Shown: piece after piece, positions 42,876 to 53,685 of the stretch
How the letters are laid out: each line of letters opens with the position of its first letter
Position numbering within the stretch: the first letter of the stretch is position 1
Origin: Corallochytrium limacisporum Hawaii
Taxonomy: Eukaryota > Protista > Pluriformea
Direction: 5' to 3'
Length of the DNA stretch: 64,000 nt
NCBI GenBank assembly: GCA_002811645.1
Contig: PDIP01000017.1
Coordinates: forward strand, 124,001-188,000
Program-made: the position numbers and the translations under genes
Notes under the pieces: model-generated
Seen by the model: the letters and a program-made list of their open reading frames with translations, nothing else
Told to the model about the DNA's origin: nothing
Database searches by the model: none

Positions 42876-44979
42876 ATATGAGAATAATACTACGTTTGTA
42901 CATTGTGGAAACCAACGATCCACTCAATAACACAATCCCAGATGTGTTTACCATGCCGAATCTTACTAAGATGGGGTACATGCAGTACTTTGTAAACGCA
43001 TAACCATCATTATCCCAAATCGCAGTCCCATGTGTTCCTCCTCGCTTCACCAGTTGATTGATGGTGCGCACACCGTACAATTCTCAACATGAACCACCAA
43101 AATCATTGTTCTTTAAACAAGAAAGCTCCACCAGGACAGCTACGCCCGTAGCATATCCACGAGACTGCACAATGTGGATCTGGCTTGCTGGCGGGCTGCG
43201 CGAGAGTGTGAGGAAGACGAGCCGACATGTTTTTCCTCCCTCCTCCTCTCTCCTAGCGGGGATGGGTATCACCACTCACTGGTTGTCTTAGGGACACACT
43301 GTGCTTGGCAAAAATCGAATCCCTCAACTTCTTCCACCGGTTCTCCCGTATTGACCTCTACAAGGTTTTCGGCCCCCCCCCCCCGGGGGGTTCGGTCGGT
43401 CCGTCGGGTGATTCCCGTCGGTCGCAGTTGGGCTTTTGCCCACTGTCCCCTGTCCGCTCCACTTAGCTTCTCTTGGACAGCTCGCGGAATTGTTTCTTTA
43501 AACCTAAATCCCACCCACTCACTGTTCACAAGTGCAATGGCAGGCCAAAATAGCATTCTCCCTGCGACCACAAAAAACCACAAAGGGGTGCGGGATAAGC
43601 GGAGTTGTTGGAGTGATAGCCTCAGCTAGAAGGGAAAAAAAGAGAACGGAACGAGTGAATGGGTGGGTCGGGTCAGCACCCCGGCGAGTGCTCTCATGTG
43701 AACCAGGCGATGGCTGTCCACCCGAAGCAATCGCCACCATTCTGATCTAGGTGATACTTTTTGTGTTCACATGTAATTGAAACCACTCGTTCTTTGCGTA
43801 CACGCAATACGTAAGCGACCACTGGTGATTATTCGCAGCGCGTGCCGACCGTCATCTGAAAGAATCTCGCACGGAAGCTTCGCACCTTCCCCTCACAATC
43901 GGAAAGTCAGTCAGTGATCGATTGTCAGCGTGCACCACTACCTCTGATTTAGGACTTGAGCTCACACCACTCAACCGGGTTTGACGATGACAATGACGGC
44001 AACAACTGCTGTCCGTCTCGGGGTTTGATAAAAACCACTGGTATCTCTACTAGAGTCCGGCAGCTAGGTACAAAAGCTTTGGAAGAAACCGCAAGAGATT
44101 TTTTTGTGGGGGCTTGTATCATTTGAGGACCCGTCATCAGCGTTCGTCACCCAGTCCTCTTCCCCTCATGGGTTTTAGAGATTGGTATGCAATGTATGAG
44201 ATGTAGGAAACCTTGTATATTCTTAACAAAGTCTGCGGTGATTGCTGTTTGTACTGGGTACAAACAGTCTAAATGGGAATGTGCAGATACTTTCCTGGAC
44301 TATCTCGGTACCAAACTGGAAGACAGACTTCTGACATGGTAAACTTCTCACTGCATGCTTTGCACGTACACGTTGCGTCTTTGACCCACCGCCAACACTC
44401 CTCCTCCATCCCTACAATACTGTCGCGGGTTGATGGGCGCTTAATTTCCTTCCTCGATTGGCCTTTTGTTAACTATAAACTAGCCAGGTAAAATTTTCGC
44501 GCCGGTGCGTGCCAGCTCACACTCTAGGTGGTTGGGTGGTGCGTTGGGGAGTGTCTGCTACCTGCCTGTGTTCTCTTTTTTTTTTTTCATTTGCGGTCAG
44601 AAAATTGGAGGGGGGGGGAAAGGATGCAGGCGATGTGCAAGTTCGTAAAATGCAGCAGCAACCAGTTTGTTTGACAACGTCAGAGGACGATATTTAGAAG
44701 ACCTCGCGGGCTTGTGGCCTAAGCGCTGGTAGCAGTCGTGCATCATTAACGGCTTCGTTGCCCATCCTAATATGTTTTATCGGCCTATCTGCTGCATCCG
44801 ACGCTTTCGCTGTGGAATTGGATGTGATCACACACGCCTTGTGCAGCTACTCAGAGACTGGGTCATGGATCGGAACCCGTCCGGACCACGAGAGCCAGTA
44901 GTCCTTCCGGTTCAAAATAGTACAAGTCACATACAAGGGAAATGAGCGTTTTGGTAAGGGAACCATTGACAATTCTCTC

Positions 44980-45771
44980 ATGTCAGAGTCATCACATGGT
45001 CAGCCTCCCATAGGCGACCCTCAACAATTCTCCGAAGAGGAAGAATATGAGTTACGCCTGCAGCACATCATTGATGAGCAATACTTTCCTTTATCTCAAA
45101 CCACTGCCCTGAAAGAAGAATACAGTCACGCTATTGCAACACGGGATAAGGCAAAGATTCAGACTCTACGATTCCAGATCGAAGAGTTAGAAAACAAGCT
45201 GCGAACATGCATAGTCAATGATCGGGAACTAGACGTATCCTTCTCCTTTTACCCGGAGGAGCGTACAGACTTTCCTTCAGCAGGAGTTGAGATGCGAGAA
45301 GGCGTTCAAGACAGTGACGTACCTCGCAATTTCGGTATAAGAAGAAATTGGGCCTATCGCATCCGAAATTCGCTCATGTATACCCGTACAGTTGAAGTAC
45401 CAGGACCATTGAACAGCAGACAATCAAGTCAAAGGCCTGGTAAAACGGTGCCTCAGATGAGAAGCACTGGAGAAGGCAAGTCCGCGCCATCTTCTTTGCT
45501 ATCCTCATTCTCGTCCGCACGACCATATGGTCGCACCACCACGACTGAAGGATCGGAGCACTACTCCTTAAGAAGTACTCCCCGGAAAAACCATGACCGC
45601 GGCACTACGCGCATGAGCCTCGAATCCTACAGCGGGGCCACAGATTTCACTCAAGTGGATGATCGAACAAGAGAGGGCCCAAAACAACATCCTGAAGCCT
45701 TAATCCATGCCAGGTCTGACCGCAAGTCCGACTCTAGCTTTCCACAATCCCGAAGAAGACAATCAAAATAA
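44980..45771 (+). CDS. ESS2: Divergent, shortened ESS2/DGCR14 splicing factor
   Basis: EEEEYELRLQHIIDEQYFP...KEEY and NWAYRIRNSLMY match ESS2 conserved blocks (EEEY..LQ.VI...FFP and W.YK..NSLMY). Confidence 0.65.
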   Translation: MSESSHGQPPIGDPQQFSEEEEYELRLQHIIDEQYFPLSQTTALKEEYSHAIATRDKAKIQTLRFQIEELENKLRTCIVNDRELDVSFSFYPEERTDFPSAGVEMREGVQDSDVPRNFGIRRNWAYRIRNSLMYTRTVEVPGPLNSRQSSQRPGKTVPQMRSTGEGKSAPSSLLSSFSSARPYGRTTTTEGSEHYSLRSTPRKNHDRGTTRMSLESYSGATDFTQVDDRTREGPKQHPEALIHARSDRKSDSSFPQSRRRQSK

Positions 45772-45894
45772 ATACCATGTCAATGTCAGATACTAAAGCA
45801 TCAGAGATCCATGTAGAGATGTTGAAGAATGTAAATTAATGTGTTATGCCGCAAATGAACTACCATTTCCATGGTTTGTTTCGATGTTGATCAA

Positions 45895-46665
45895 TTACTT
45901 GGCCTTCAGCTTCTCAATACGACGGTTGACGACACCCATCGTAGCGTCATATTCCTTTTTGAAAAGATCATAGGCCTGTTCGCATGCCCTGACTCCCTCG
46001 GCATCATCTTCCTTGGTTTTCTCACCAACAGACTGCATAAACTTGCAGAGCCTTTGCAGCTTGTTTAATCCTACAGATGCACACATACCCCGACAGTAGT
46101 GTGCGTTTGCTCCGTATTCCTCGTAGTTCTTTTCTTCCAGATTCTTTTGCATTTCCGGAGATTTGACATTGACAAGGTCAACGAGCTGCTTGACAACGCT
46201 TTCAACGAACTCCGAACCAGAATCAAGCATGACAAGCTGTTTCCATGTACCCTCCTCGATCACAGACATGCTTGCAACTTCGTCCCACACTTCGGACACC
46301 TTGAGTACCAAATCGTTTGGTTTTTCAGTCATGCCAGCAACTGCCCAATTGTCTTTTTCGTCCTCCTCAATACGGGGTGATGTTTGACGAGGAGACTTTC
46401 CGCGTATTGCATCTCGGTTTTTGGTACTCATTGACCGCATCTCATTGCGGACCGCGTGCACCGAAGACTGGGGTCTATCCAGAGGATCCAGGGCAGGTTT
46501 GGCGGATCCATTGCTGTTGGCGTGTTCCACGTTCACGGTTCCGTTGGTGGTTGGCTTGACCGGAGCTTCGGCTGTCATATTTGCTGGAACCGGAGCAGGT
46601 GCTGTCATGGACGCTGCCACAAGATCAGCCTTTTCGGCATTTTTCTTACTAAAACAACTTCCCAT
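45895..46665 (-). CDS. Histidine phosphotransfer (HPt) protein with N-terminal acylation motif
   Basis: C-terminal HPt bundle TWKQLVMLD, EFVESVV and AHYCRGMCASVGLNKLQRLC; N-terminus MGSCFSKK. Confidence 0.82.
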   Translation of the reverse strand: MGSCFSKKNAEKADLVAASMTAPAPVPANMTAEAPVKPTTNGTVNVEHANSNGSAKPALDPLDRPQSSVHAVRNEMRSMSTKNRDAIRGKSPRQTSPRIEEDEKDNWAVAGMTEKPNDLVLKVSEVWDEVASMSVIEEGTWKQLVMLDSGSEFVESVVKQLVDLVNVKSPEMQKNLEEKNYEEYGANAHYCRGMCASVGLNKLQRLCKFMQSVGEKTKEDDAEGVRACEQAYDLFKKEYDATMGVVNRRIEKLKAK

Positions 46666-48026
46666 GGTTGGAACTGTCTATCAATCCGGAGTGTACCTTA
46701 CTCTGTAGTCCTCCTCTAAGACGCTGTGGCCCTCAACGACAATATTGCGCCATTCTTTCAATCCTTATTGTAGGTTTTACACTTATAAGGAAACATAGCC
46801 ATAGTCTGGTCATGGCCGACTATAAAAATTTCTTATACCCAATCCGTGGCTCTGAAAGCACTGCTGCAGAAATTTCAAGTCAGGCTGTGTCATCCAAAAT
46901 GACTTCCGTGCCTGGCCTCGGCGAAGGCAGGGGCTTGAAACAACTCGGCTTCAGTTCCCCTCGGTACGACATCAAAATGTCCCTGGTTAGGTCCTGCAGA
47001 ACCCTTCCCATTCAATCCCACCAGGGTCATCATCCAATCCTTTCCATTTCTCGCACTTATGGCATACCCTGATCCAAACCACTTCACGAAGGAAGAAAAA
47101 AACTTTCAGGATTTTCAGCTGTGTGTGGTCTCATGGTCCTCTCTTTTTTTTTTTCAGAACCAAACACCGCCACCCTCGCGTCCCTGAATGGCAAAGTGCG
47201 GTTCGTGACCGCTACAACCCATCTCGAGAGGTAGAACTGCCCAATGTGACCACTTGGGACGGAGCGGCCGGAAGCAGATCCAATTTACGAGGACGATTAA
47301 AGACATTTTCCGAGAAGAGTGCAGTACTTCTGAAAGGCACAAATAGCGCAGTGACCACCTTCGCCCTATGATACCAACGCTGCTCTTCATCCCCCGCCTT
47401 TCAACAGCCTCCTCCTCCCCGGCTCCCTCTCCCGAGCAGACACCTACCAATTCTTTCGTATTCATTATATGGCACAAGAAGGACTGGTCGACGTGACAAA
47501 GGAGTTGGCAGGGAGTTGGCCCTGATGTGTCGAGCAGACAAGGACCGCTGCAGAGATAGATTGGCAGATATATCACCAGTTGGGTACCGTATGGTCGACA
47601 AATTCACGGTACCATATCACTCTTGGAACGCTGCGGTGACTTTTGATTGCTTGTCGTATGTCACGCAACGACTAGCGCACCGTGGTGTCTGAGGTGGCCC
47701 TGGTAAGGACAGAGTGCGGAAGAGAACCGCAAGCCAAGCGCACCAGCAGCAGGGCAACGACAGCGTAGTGGGGGCGGCGGACGGTAGTGGTGGTGCATTC
47801 ATGCGGCAAGACGGGAAGTTAGTAATGATGCTTGCGCGTGTGCGTCTGATTCTGTCCGTTTCGAAGCTTCACCAAGCCTTTTAACTCTTCATCAGGTATT
47901 GGCGAAGATTTCTCCAACTGTGTACGCATGGCTTCATGGTTGCGTTACTTTTGCTTGCCTATGCACAAATTTACTGGAGCCTCAATTCCCAGCCGCGCGG
48001 CGGGGAAAGGGAAGGGGGACCAAGGG

Positions 48027-48343
48027 NNNNNNNNNNNNNNNNNNNNNNNNNNNNNNNNNNNNNNNNNNNNNNNNNNNNNNNNNNNNNNNNNNNNNNNNNN
48101 NNNNNNNNNNNNNNNNNNNNNNNNNNNNNNNNNNNNNNNNNNNNNNNNNNNNNNNNNNNNNNNNNNNNNNNNNNNNNNNNNNNNNNNNNNNNNNNNNNNN
48201 NNNNNNNNNNNNNNNNNNNNNNNNNNNNNNNNNNNNNNNNNNNNNNNNNNNNNNNNNNNNNNNNNNNNNNNNNNNNNNNNNNNNNNNNNNNNNNNNNNNN
48301 NNNNNNNNNNNNNNNNNNNNNNNNNNNNNNNNNNNNNNNNNNN
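48027..48343. other. Assembly gap (317 N)
   Basis: N run flanked by G-rich sequence. Confidence 1.
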
Positions 48344-49776
48344 GGGGGGAGACGAGGGCGCTGCGGAACGGAAAAGGTCTCCTGATCAGCAAATGGGGCA
48401 GAAGGTTGGAAAGCGCCCGTGGTGAAACAAAATGTTCTCTACCACACCAGACATACGCACACACGTTCCTACAGAGCGCCGCTGACCCAGTCCGACCATT
48501 CAAAATTTCTGCGTTTCCTAGTTGCTCACGCAATACACCATACCTTGTGGCATATATTTTGCAAGATGTTTCCCCAGAGAATAAGCCCGACACTGTTGTA
48601 CGATGATAGCATTGTTCTGTTTGAAAACGTGCTGAACCCGAAGCTCACCGTTTCTTACAGATGCAGCTAAACTCTCGGGGCGAATGTCCACCGACCATCA
48701 GCTGAGCGACGGTGCGTGAGCGAGAATATATGAAGCTGCGAGGATTGCAATTATGAGGGAATGCGTTTCCTCTGTTCTGTGCAAATCGCATATTATATTG
48801 ATTGACATAGAATAAAACAAAGGAGCCCACGGTCCTCCCGTTAGTCTGAATTGTCAAACTGTTCCCAATTGGTACAGTGCACCACTTGCGGGCCCTGCTT
48901 TATCATTTGCTGGTGCGAGGTCGGAGGGATCCCAGCCAAAAGCACCAATTTCCTTCCATATTCAGAAATCGCGGGAAGACATGCAATAGCGCAGTAGGGA
49001 GCAAGGAAGGAAGACTTTTCTTATCTTTTTACTCTGCTCACTGAACTGTTTCCACGTTGGCGGCCTACTTGGCCCTTCTTCGAACAGACTCTGATATGCT
49101 CTCCTTTGGCCATCTGAGATCTCTGATCATCATGCACGGCGTACAGTGCACATACAATGCATTTGCCTATGTACCGCACAAAATTGAAGGGTTTGGCATG
49201 TGGCAGCACTATGCTCAAACTCGGATATGCTGCGAAGGCAGTGTAAGCCCGCGAACTAGCATTAGATCTGCAATATTTCCCCGCTTTCAGTTCTCCAGAG
49301 CGTCGCAACATATTTCCCGACATATGTCCCTCAAGGACTTACCACTTGTGTGGACTGTGTGTACCATGGTGATAGGCAGAGCTATTTATGGATATGCGTG
49401 AGACGCAGCATGGCGTTGATGATAGAGAGCTGGTTCCAATGCGGGTTCGCCCCAGCCAGATGGTCAAGTCCGGATCAAAGGTATCCATTACACCACTCCG
49501 TATGTGAATATATCTAGCCCGCTGGAGCAGAGGTCCGAACGAGGCGGGCGGGCCCTTTTGGGGTCCCAACTCTTTTTCGCCCTGTCACAAACCGTTCTCC
49601 TAACGGAAACGGGTGAACAAGCCAGAGGAGGGGCACCAAGCACAGCCCAGGTACGAAATGGGGGCCAGCGTATGGCTGATGGAGTAGGTTGGGATTCCAT
49701 GGTTGTCAAATGTGGTTATCAAATGTGATTCTCCCATCCACATGTAAGCAAGTGCGGGATACTGGTTTTTGAAACC

Positions 49777-50123
49777 ATGAAGGGACACAACCCGCAGACT
49801 CCTCGGCAATTGTATAAAACTGTACGTTGACATTGTGCGCGGCAATTTCTTGATCTGATAACTTCCGCAACAGGGTGACTAACTACTTCTCGTTGAATTT
49901 CAATTTTCTCATTCACTAGCTTCTGTATCTTGGAAGACAATGGCCAGAGGGTTATGAGGTTTTCCGGAACAAGGCCAAAACTGCATTTCAAAAGAATAGC
50001 CATGTACAGGATCCGGAGGAAATCGAAAAGCTCATGGAACGAGGGCGCTTTGTGGTCAAGGAAATCGAGGCCCTCTACTTCCTGAAGAAGTATCGAAGCA
50101 TGAAGAAGCGTTACTATGACTAG
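49777..50123 (+). CDS. ETFRF1: LYR-motif protein LYRM5/ETFRF1; 2 exons (49777-49821, 49920-50123), 82 aa; absent from the ORF track
   Basis: Spliced product MKGHNPQTPRQLYKT|LLYLGRQWPEGYEVFRNKAKTAFQKNSHVQDPEEIEKLMERGRFVVKEIEALYFLKKYRSMKKRYYD matches LYRM5. Confidence 0.92.
49822..49919 (+). other. Spliceosomal intron of LYRM5 (98 nt, phase 0)
   Basis: GTACGT donor, GACTAAC branch point at 49877-49883, pyrimidine tract and TAG acceptor. Confidence 0.9.
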
Positions 50124-50295
50124 ATGCCCAGCTTGTCCATGCTAATCGTGGAAAAGGGCTGCTCCAACTATCCATACTATGCCATACAAACAAGGCACCA
50201 CGTACTCCACTAAACCAACATACCTTCCATAGCATACACAACCTTCTTAATTCATCCAAATGTTTTAGTTAGGGGTTCGCTAAATTTTGAGAGGT

Positions 50296-50746
50296 NNNNN
50301 NNNNNNNNNNNNNNNNNNNNNNNNNNNNNNNNNNNNNNNNNNNNNNNNNNNNNNNNNNNNNNNNNNNNNNNNNNNNNNNNNNNNNNNNNNNNNNNNNNNN
50401 NNNNNNNNNNNNNNNNNNNNNNNNNNNNNNNNNNNNNNNNNNNNNNNNNNNNNNNNNNNNNNNNNNNNNNNNNNNNNNNNNNNNNNNNNNNNNNNNNNNN
50501 NNNNNNNNNNNNNNNNNNNNNNNNNNNNNNNNNNNNNNNNNNNNNNNNNNNNNNNNNNNNNNNNNNNNNNNNNNNNNNNNNNNNNNNNNNNNNNNNNNNN
50601 NNNNNNNNNNNNNNNNNNNNNNNNNNNNNNNNNNNNNNNNNNNNNNNNNNNNNNNNNNNNNNNNNNNNNNNNNNNNNNNNNNNNNNNNNNNNNNNNNNNN
50701 NNNNNNNNNNNNNNNNNNNNNNNNNNNNNNNNNNNNNNNNNNNNNN
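50296..50746. other. Assembly gap (451 N)
   Basis: N run. Confidence 1.
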
Positions 50747-52130
50747 GGCCGTGAATTGATATGTTGACATGGCACTTTTGCTGGTTCTCCGCCTACCATA
50801 CTCTATAACGTGAGCGGGAGCTGTATCACATTCGCCTTCCTCTTTACGCACAGTAGGGCCTTTATTGTAGAAGATGGTCCCTTCACTACCGCAGGTCAGC
50901 CCACCGTCGACACCATCGATCTGCTGTGTTTAATACATCCGCACACGCAGGCGAAAACCTGCAGCAGTATATGCACCATGCCAAGCGGTGGTAAACTTGA
51001 GCACAACTAGTATAGCAGAGGGTTCCGGGGATGCCATTGCCCGGCACACACTCGGTCTCCTCGTCCCCTTCCCCCCCCCCCCTTCCCTTCTTTTGTCCCA
51101 GTCTGAGGGTATGCAACGGCTTACTCGGGACGCCTTCACGCTTCAAAGTGGACCCTACCTCGCACGCCCTTCCCCAGACACAATACAGCTCGAGATCGTC
51201 ACATGACCAGGGCAGCCAGGCCCCCCCCTTACTACCGCCGGCCTTAGGAGACACTCTCTCCGCCCCTTTGCTACCTAAAAGAAAGCAACAAGGAAAAAAG
51301 AATAGCGAAAAAAACCAGCACACTCCACCCCCACCCCTCTTCCCCGCGGGGAGAAGGCCGACGCAAAAGAGAAGAAAAAAAATAGGGAAAAGGAATGCTT
51401 GCTGCGTGGAGAACATTGCTTCCTTTATACACACCCACTTTGCGGACAATGTGTCATCAGTGCAGAAGCCTGTCGCGGCACCCCCCCCCCCACAGCCCGA
51501 GAGGACACGCAGGGCCCAAAAGGTTTCAATCATTGTCCCGCGGGAGTGGGGGAGAGGGGGTGGGGGATGGCGCATGAAAATAGAGGGTGACAACTGTTTT
51601 TTTACAGAACGGTTCACTCTGCGGGGTGCCCTGACCGAGAATCGCAGCACTGAACGTACCGGTCCTGTGCCAATTAACAGACGGCGACAGGGCACACCTA
51701 CGGCGGGGTGAGTGGGGCCTGTTGGACTTTGCTTGTGTTTTTTCTTCTTCTTCTTTTGCTTCGTAGTCCGCCGGGCAAAACATGGACAAAAAATTGTAGA
51801 ACAAAAGACTTAAGCAGCAAGAAAAAAATAGTACAGATATGCATAGGCAGAGTACGGGCGACCAGAAAGTCTTGGGTCGTAGACAAACGGAAAAAACAGG
51901 AACCAGAGGCAGGCGGAAATGCCGACGGAACCACAAACTAGGCTGAGGGAACAAAGGCTGTCCAACCGATCCTCCTTGGAACAAAAACAATTGAGGAGGT
52001 TTTTTCCTCTTCGTCGGGGACCGTATCTCTCTTCACCCCGTGGATGTGTGGGTGCCCCACGGAGTGCTGAGTCGGTTTTCCATTCGCCCGGTTCTTCCAC
52101 GCGTGTGTAAGGTACGAATCATGATCTCAC

Positions 52131-52140
<10 letters not shown>

Positions 52141-52176
<36 letters not shown>
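52141..52176. repeat. (AC)18 microsatellite
   Basis: Perfect dinucleotide run. Confidence 0.97.
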
Positions 52177-52178
<2 letters not shown>

Positions 52179-52917
52179 CCCGAGAGAGGTGAACTGCTGC
52201 TTCACTTGCCCTCCTTCGCCGGCAACCCTTGCAAAAATTCACTGACGGCCATATTGGCCCGCTGGGAATGTTGGTGGTTGGTTCCCCATGAAAGGCAAAG
52301 AGCTGTAGCCCGGCGAAAGAATTTCTGGTACTGGCAGCACCCAAAAAGTATAGGGGTGAAGAGTGTGTACCATTGAGGGGCAACGTATACACCCGTACAC
52401 TGACCCACGCACACAAAGTCCCGATAAAGGCGAGTGAGTGGGGTATCAATAGTGTAGACTAAGCGGAAAAGTTGAGAAACGGCGGAAGGGGGGAGAAAAC
52501 GATCCCCGGTGATCCCCTTTCCGGTCCAAAATTAGATGGCACACGCAGGCTCTTTTGTGCGGCCGTGATGGGCGGTCTCCAATGTTCCTTTGCCAAGCAG
52601 GCCATCAAGTTACGGTTGCTGTTCGTTTTAGACCGTCTACGCCGCTGGGTGTAGGGTTGTATTAGCTTTTGTTCCAGGGCAGTTGCCTATCAGGCCAGAT
52701 CGATAATGTGAGGTATTTCACACGTGTCGGTTCCAGAGGGAATATTAGCCAATTTTACCGCAAGTTTCTTGGCAATCTGTAGGTAAACGGGACTTCGGAG
52801 GAAGGCAAAATTCGCTGACTTGAACCACCAGTGTACAACGCGGTTATTTTACTCTAATTTATAATGCGGAATGAACTGACTGAAGGAGGATTCTCTGGAC
52901 CGACCTCCACTACAACC

Positions 52918-53562
52918 ATGAACGGCACACTCCCTGAACAGCCCGCACAAATGTTTGACTCTGTGGACTCTGCGATTGAGGACTTCAAGGCAGGCAAGAT
53001 GGTCCTTGTGGTCGACAATGAAAATCGTGAGAATGAGGGTGATCTCATCATGGCCGCTGAGTTGGCCACTCCTGAGGCTCTTGCTTTCATTGTCCGCTAC
53101 ACCACTGGTATCGTGTGCGTCAGTGTCGATCCAGAGCGTCTTGAACAGCTCGGTCTGCCTCTTATGGTGGAGGAGAACACTGATACTTTCAAGACTGCCT
53201 TTACTGTTACTGTCGATTACAAGGTCGGTACCACCACAGGAGTTAGTGCTGCAGACCGTGCAAAGACAATCAACGCTCTTGCGAATCCGGAGATTGGTGG
53301 CGACCAGTTCAACAAGCCGGGTCACATTTTCCCTCTGCGGCCACAGCAAGGTGGCGTGCTCACCCGCCCCGGTCATACCGAGGCTGGTATAGATCTGTGT
53401 CGTATGAGTGGTCTGTTCCCTGCTGCTGCTCTTTGCGAGGTCACTATGGACAACGGTGTTATGGCACGTCGGGACGATTTGTACAAATTCAAGAAGGAGT
53501 TCGGTCTGAAGATGATTACCATTGAGCAGATGATTGCCTACCGCAAAGCAAACAAGTGCTAG
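52918..53562 (+). CDS. RIB3: 3,4-dihydroxy-2-butanone 4-phosphate synthase (riboflavin biosynthesis)
   Basis: Motifs VVDNENRENEGDL, TAFTVTVD, TTGVSAADR, PGHIFPL and RPGHTEA. An alternative in-frame ATG lies at 52864. Confidence 0.96.
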   Translation: MNGTLPEQPAQMFDSVDSAIEDFKAGKMVLVVDNENRENEGDLIMAAELATPEALAFIVRYTTGIVCVSVDPERLEQLGLPLMVEENTDTFKTAFTVTVDYKVGTTTGVSAADRAKTINALANPEIGGDQFNKPGHIFPLRPQQGGVLTRPGHTEAGIDLCRMSGLFPAAALCEVTMDNGVMARRDDLYKFKKEFGLKMITIEQMIAYRKANKC

Positions 53563-53685
53563 ATGACCCTCAATCGGTACAAAATTTGAATTCGAAGATC
53601 ATTCTATAGTTTCACTTCATAATCACATCAACATTAACATCACACAACACAACACCCTGATCGCATAATCACACATGTCACATAT

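Noticed and set aside
43901-44340. GGAAAGTCAG ... CTGAC as an RNase P/MRP P4 pseudoknot
   Set aside because: Only 5 bp of complementarity and no recognisable CR-II to CR-IV or P1 helix; not supportable without a covariance-model search.
47899-50851. ORFs spanning the N runs
   Set aside because: Their length is an artefact of assembly gaps.
50886-52449. ORFs of 130-270 aa in the G/C- and A-tract region; similar ORFs at 15633-16477 and 24107-24653
   Set aside because: Translations are poly-Pro/Gly/Lys/Phe from homopolymer tracts and a microsatellite; regulatory-type DNA rather than coding.
52660-52917. Possible FMN riboswitch upstream of RIB3
   Set aside because: Only TCCAGGGCAG resembles the aptamer start; the conserved GGTGAAATTCCC-ACCGGCGGT core is absent.
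53595-53615. GATCATTCTATAG, resembling U3 snoRNA box A
   Set aside because: It lies in the short RIB3 3' region with no boxes A', B, C or D in suitable positions.
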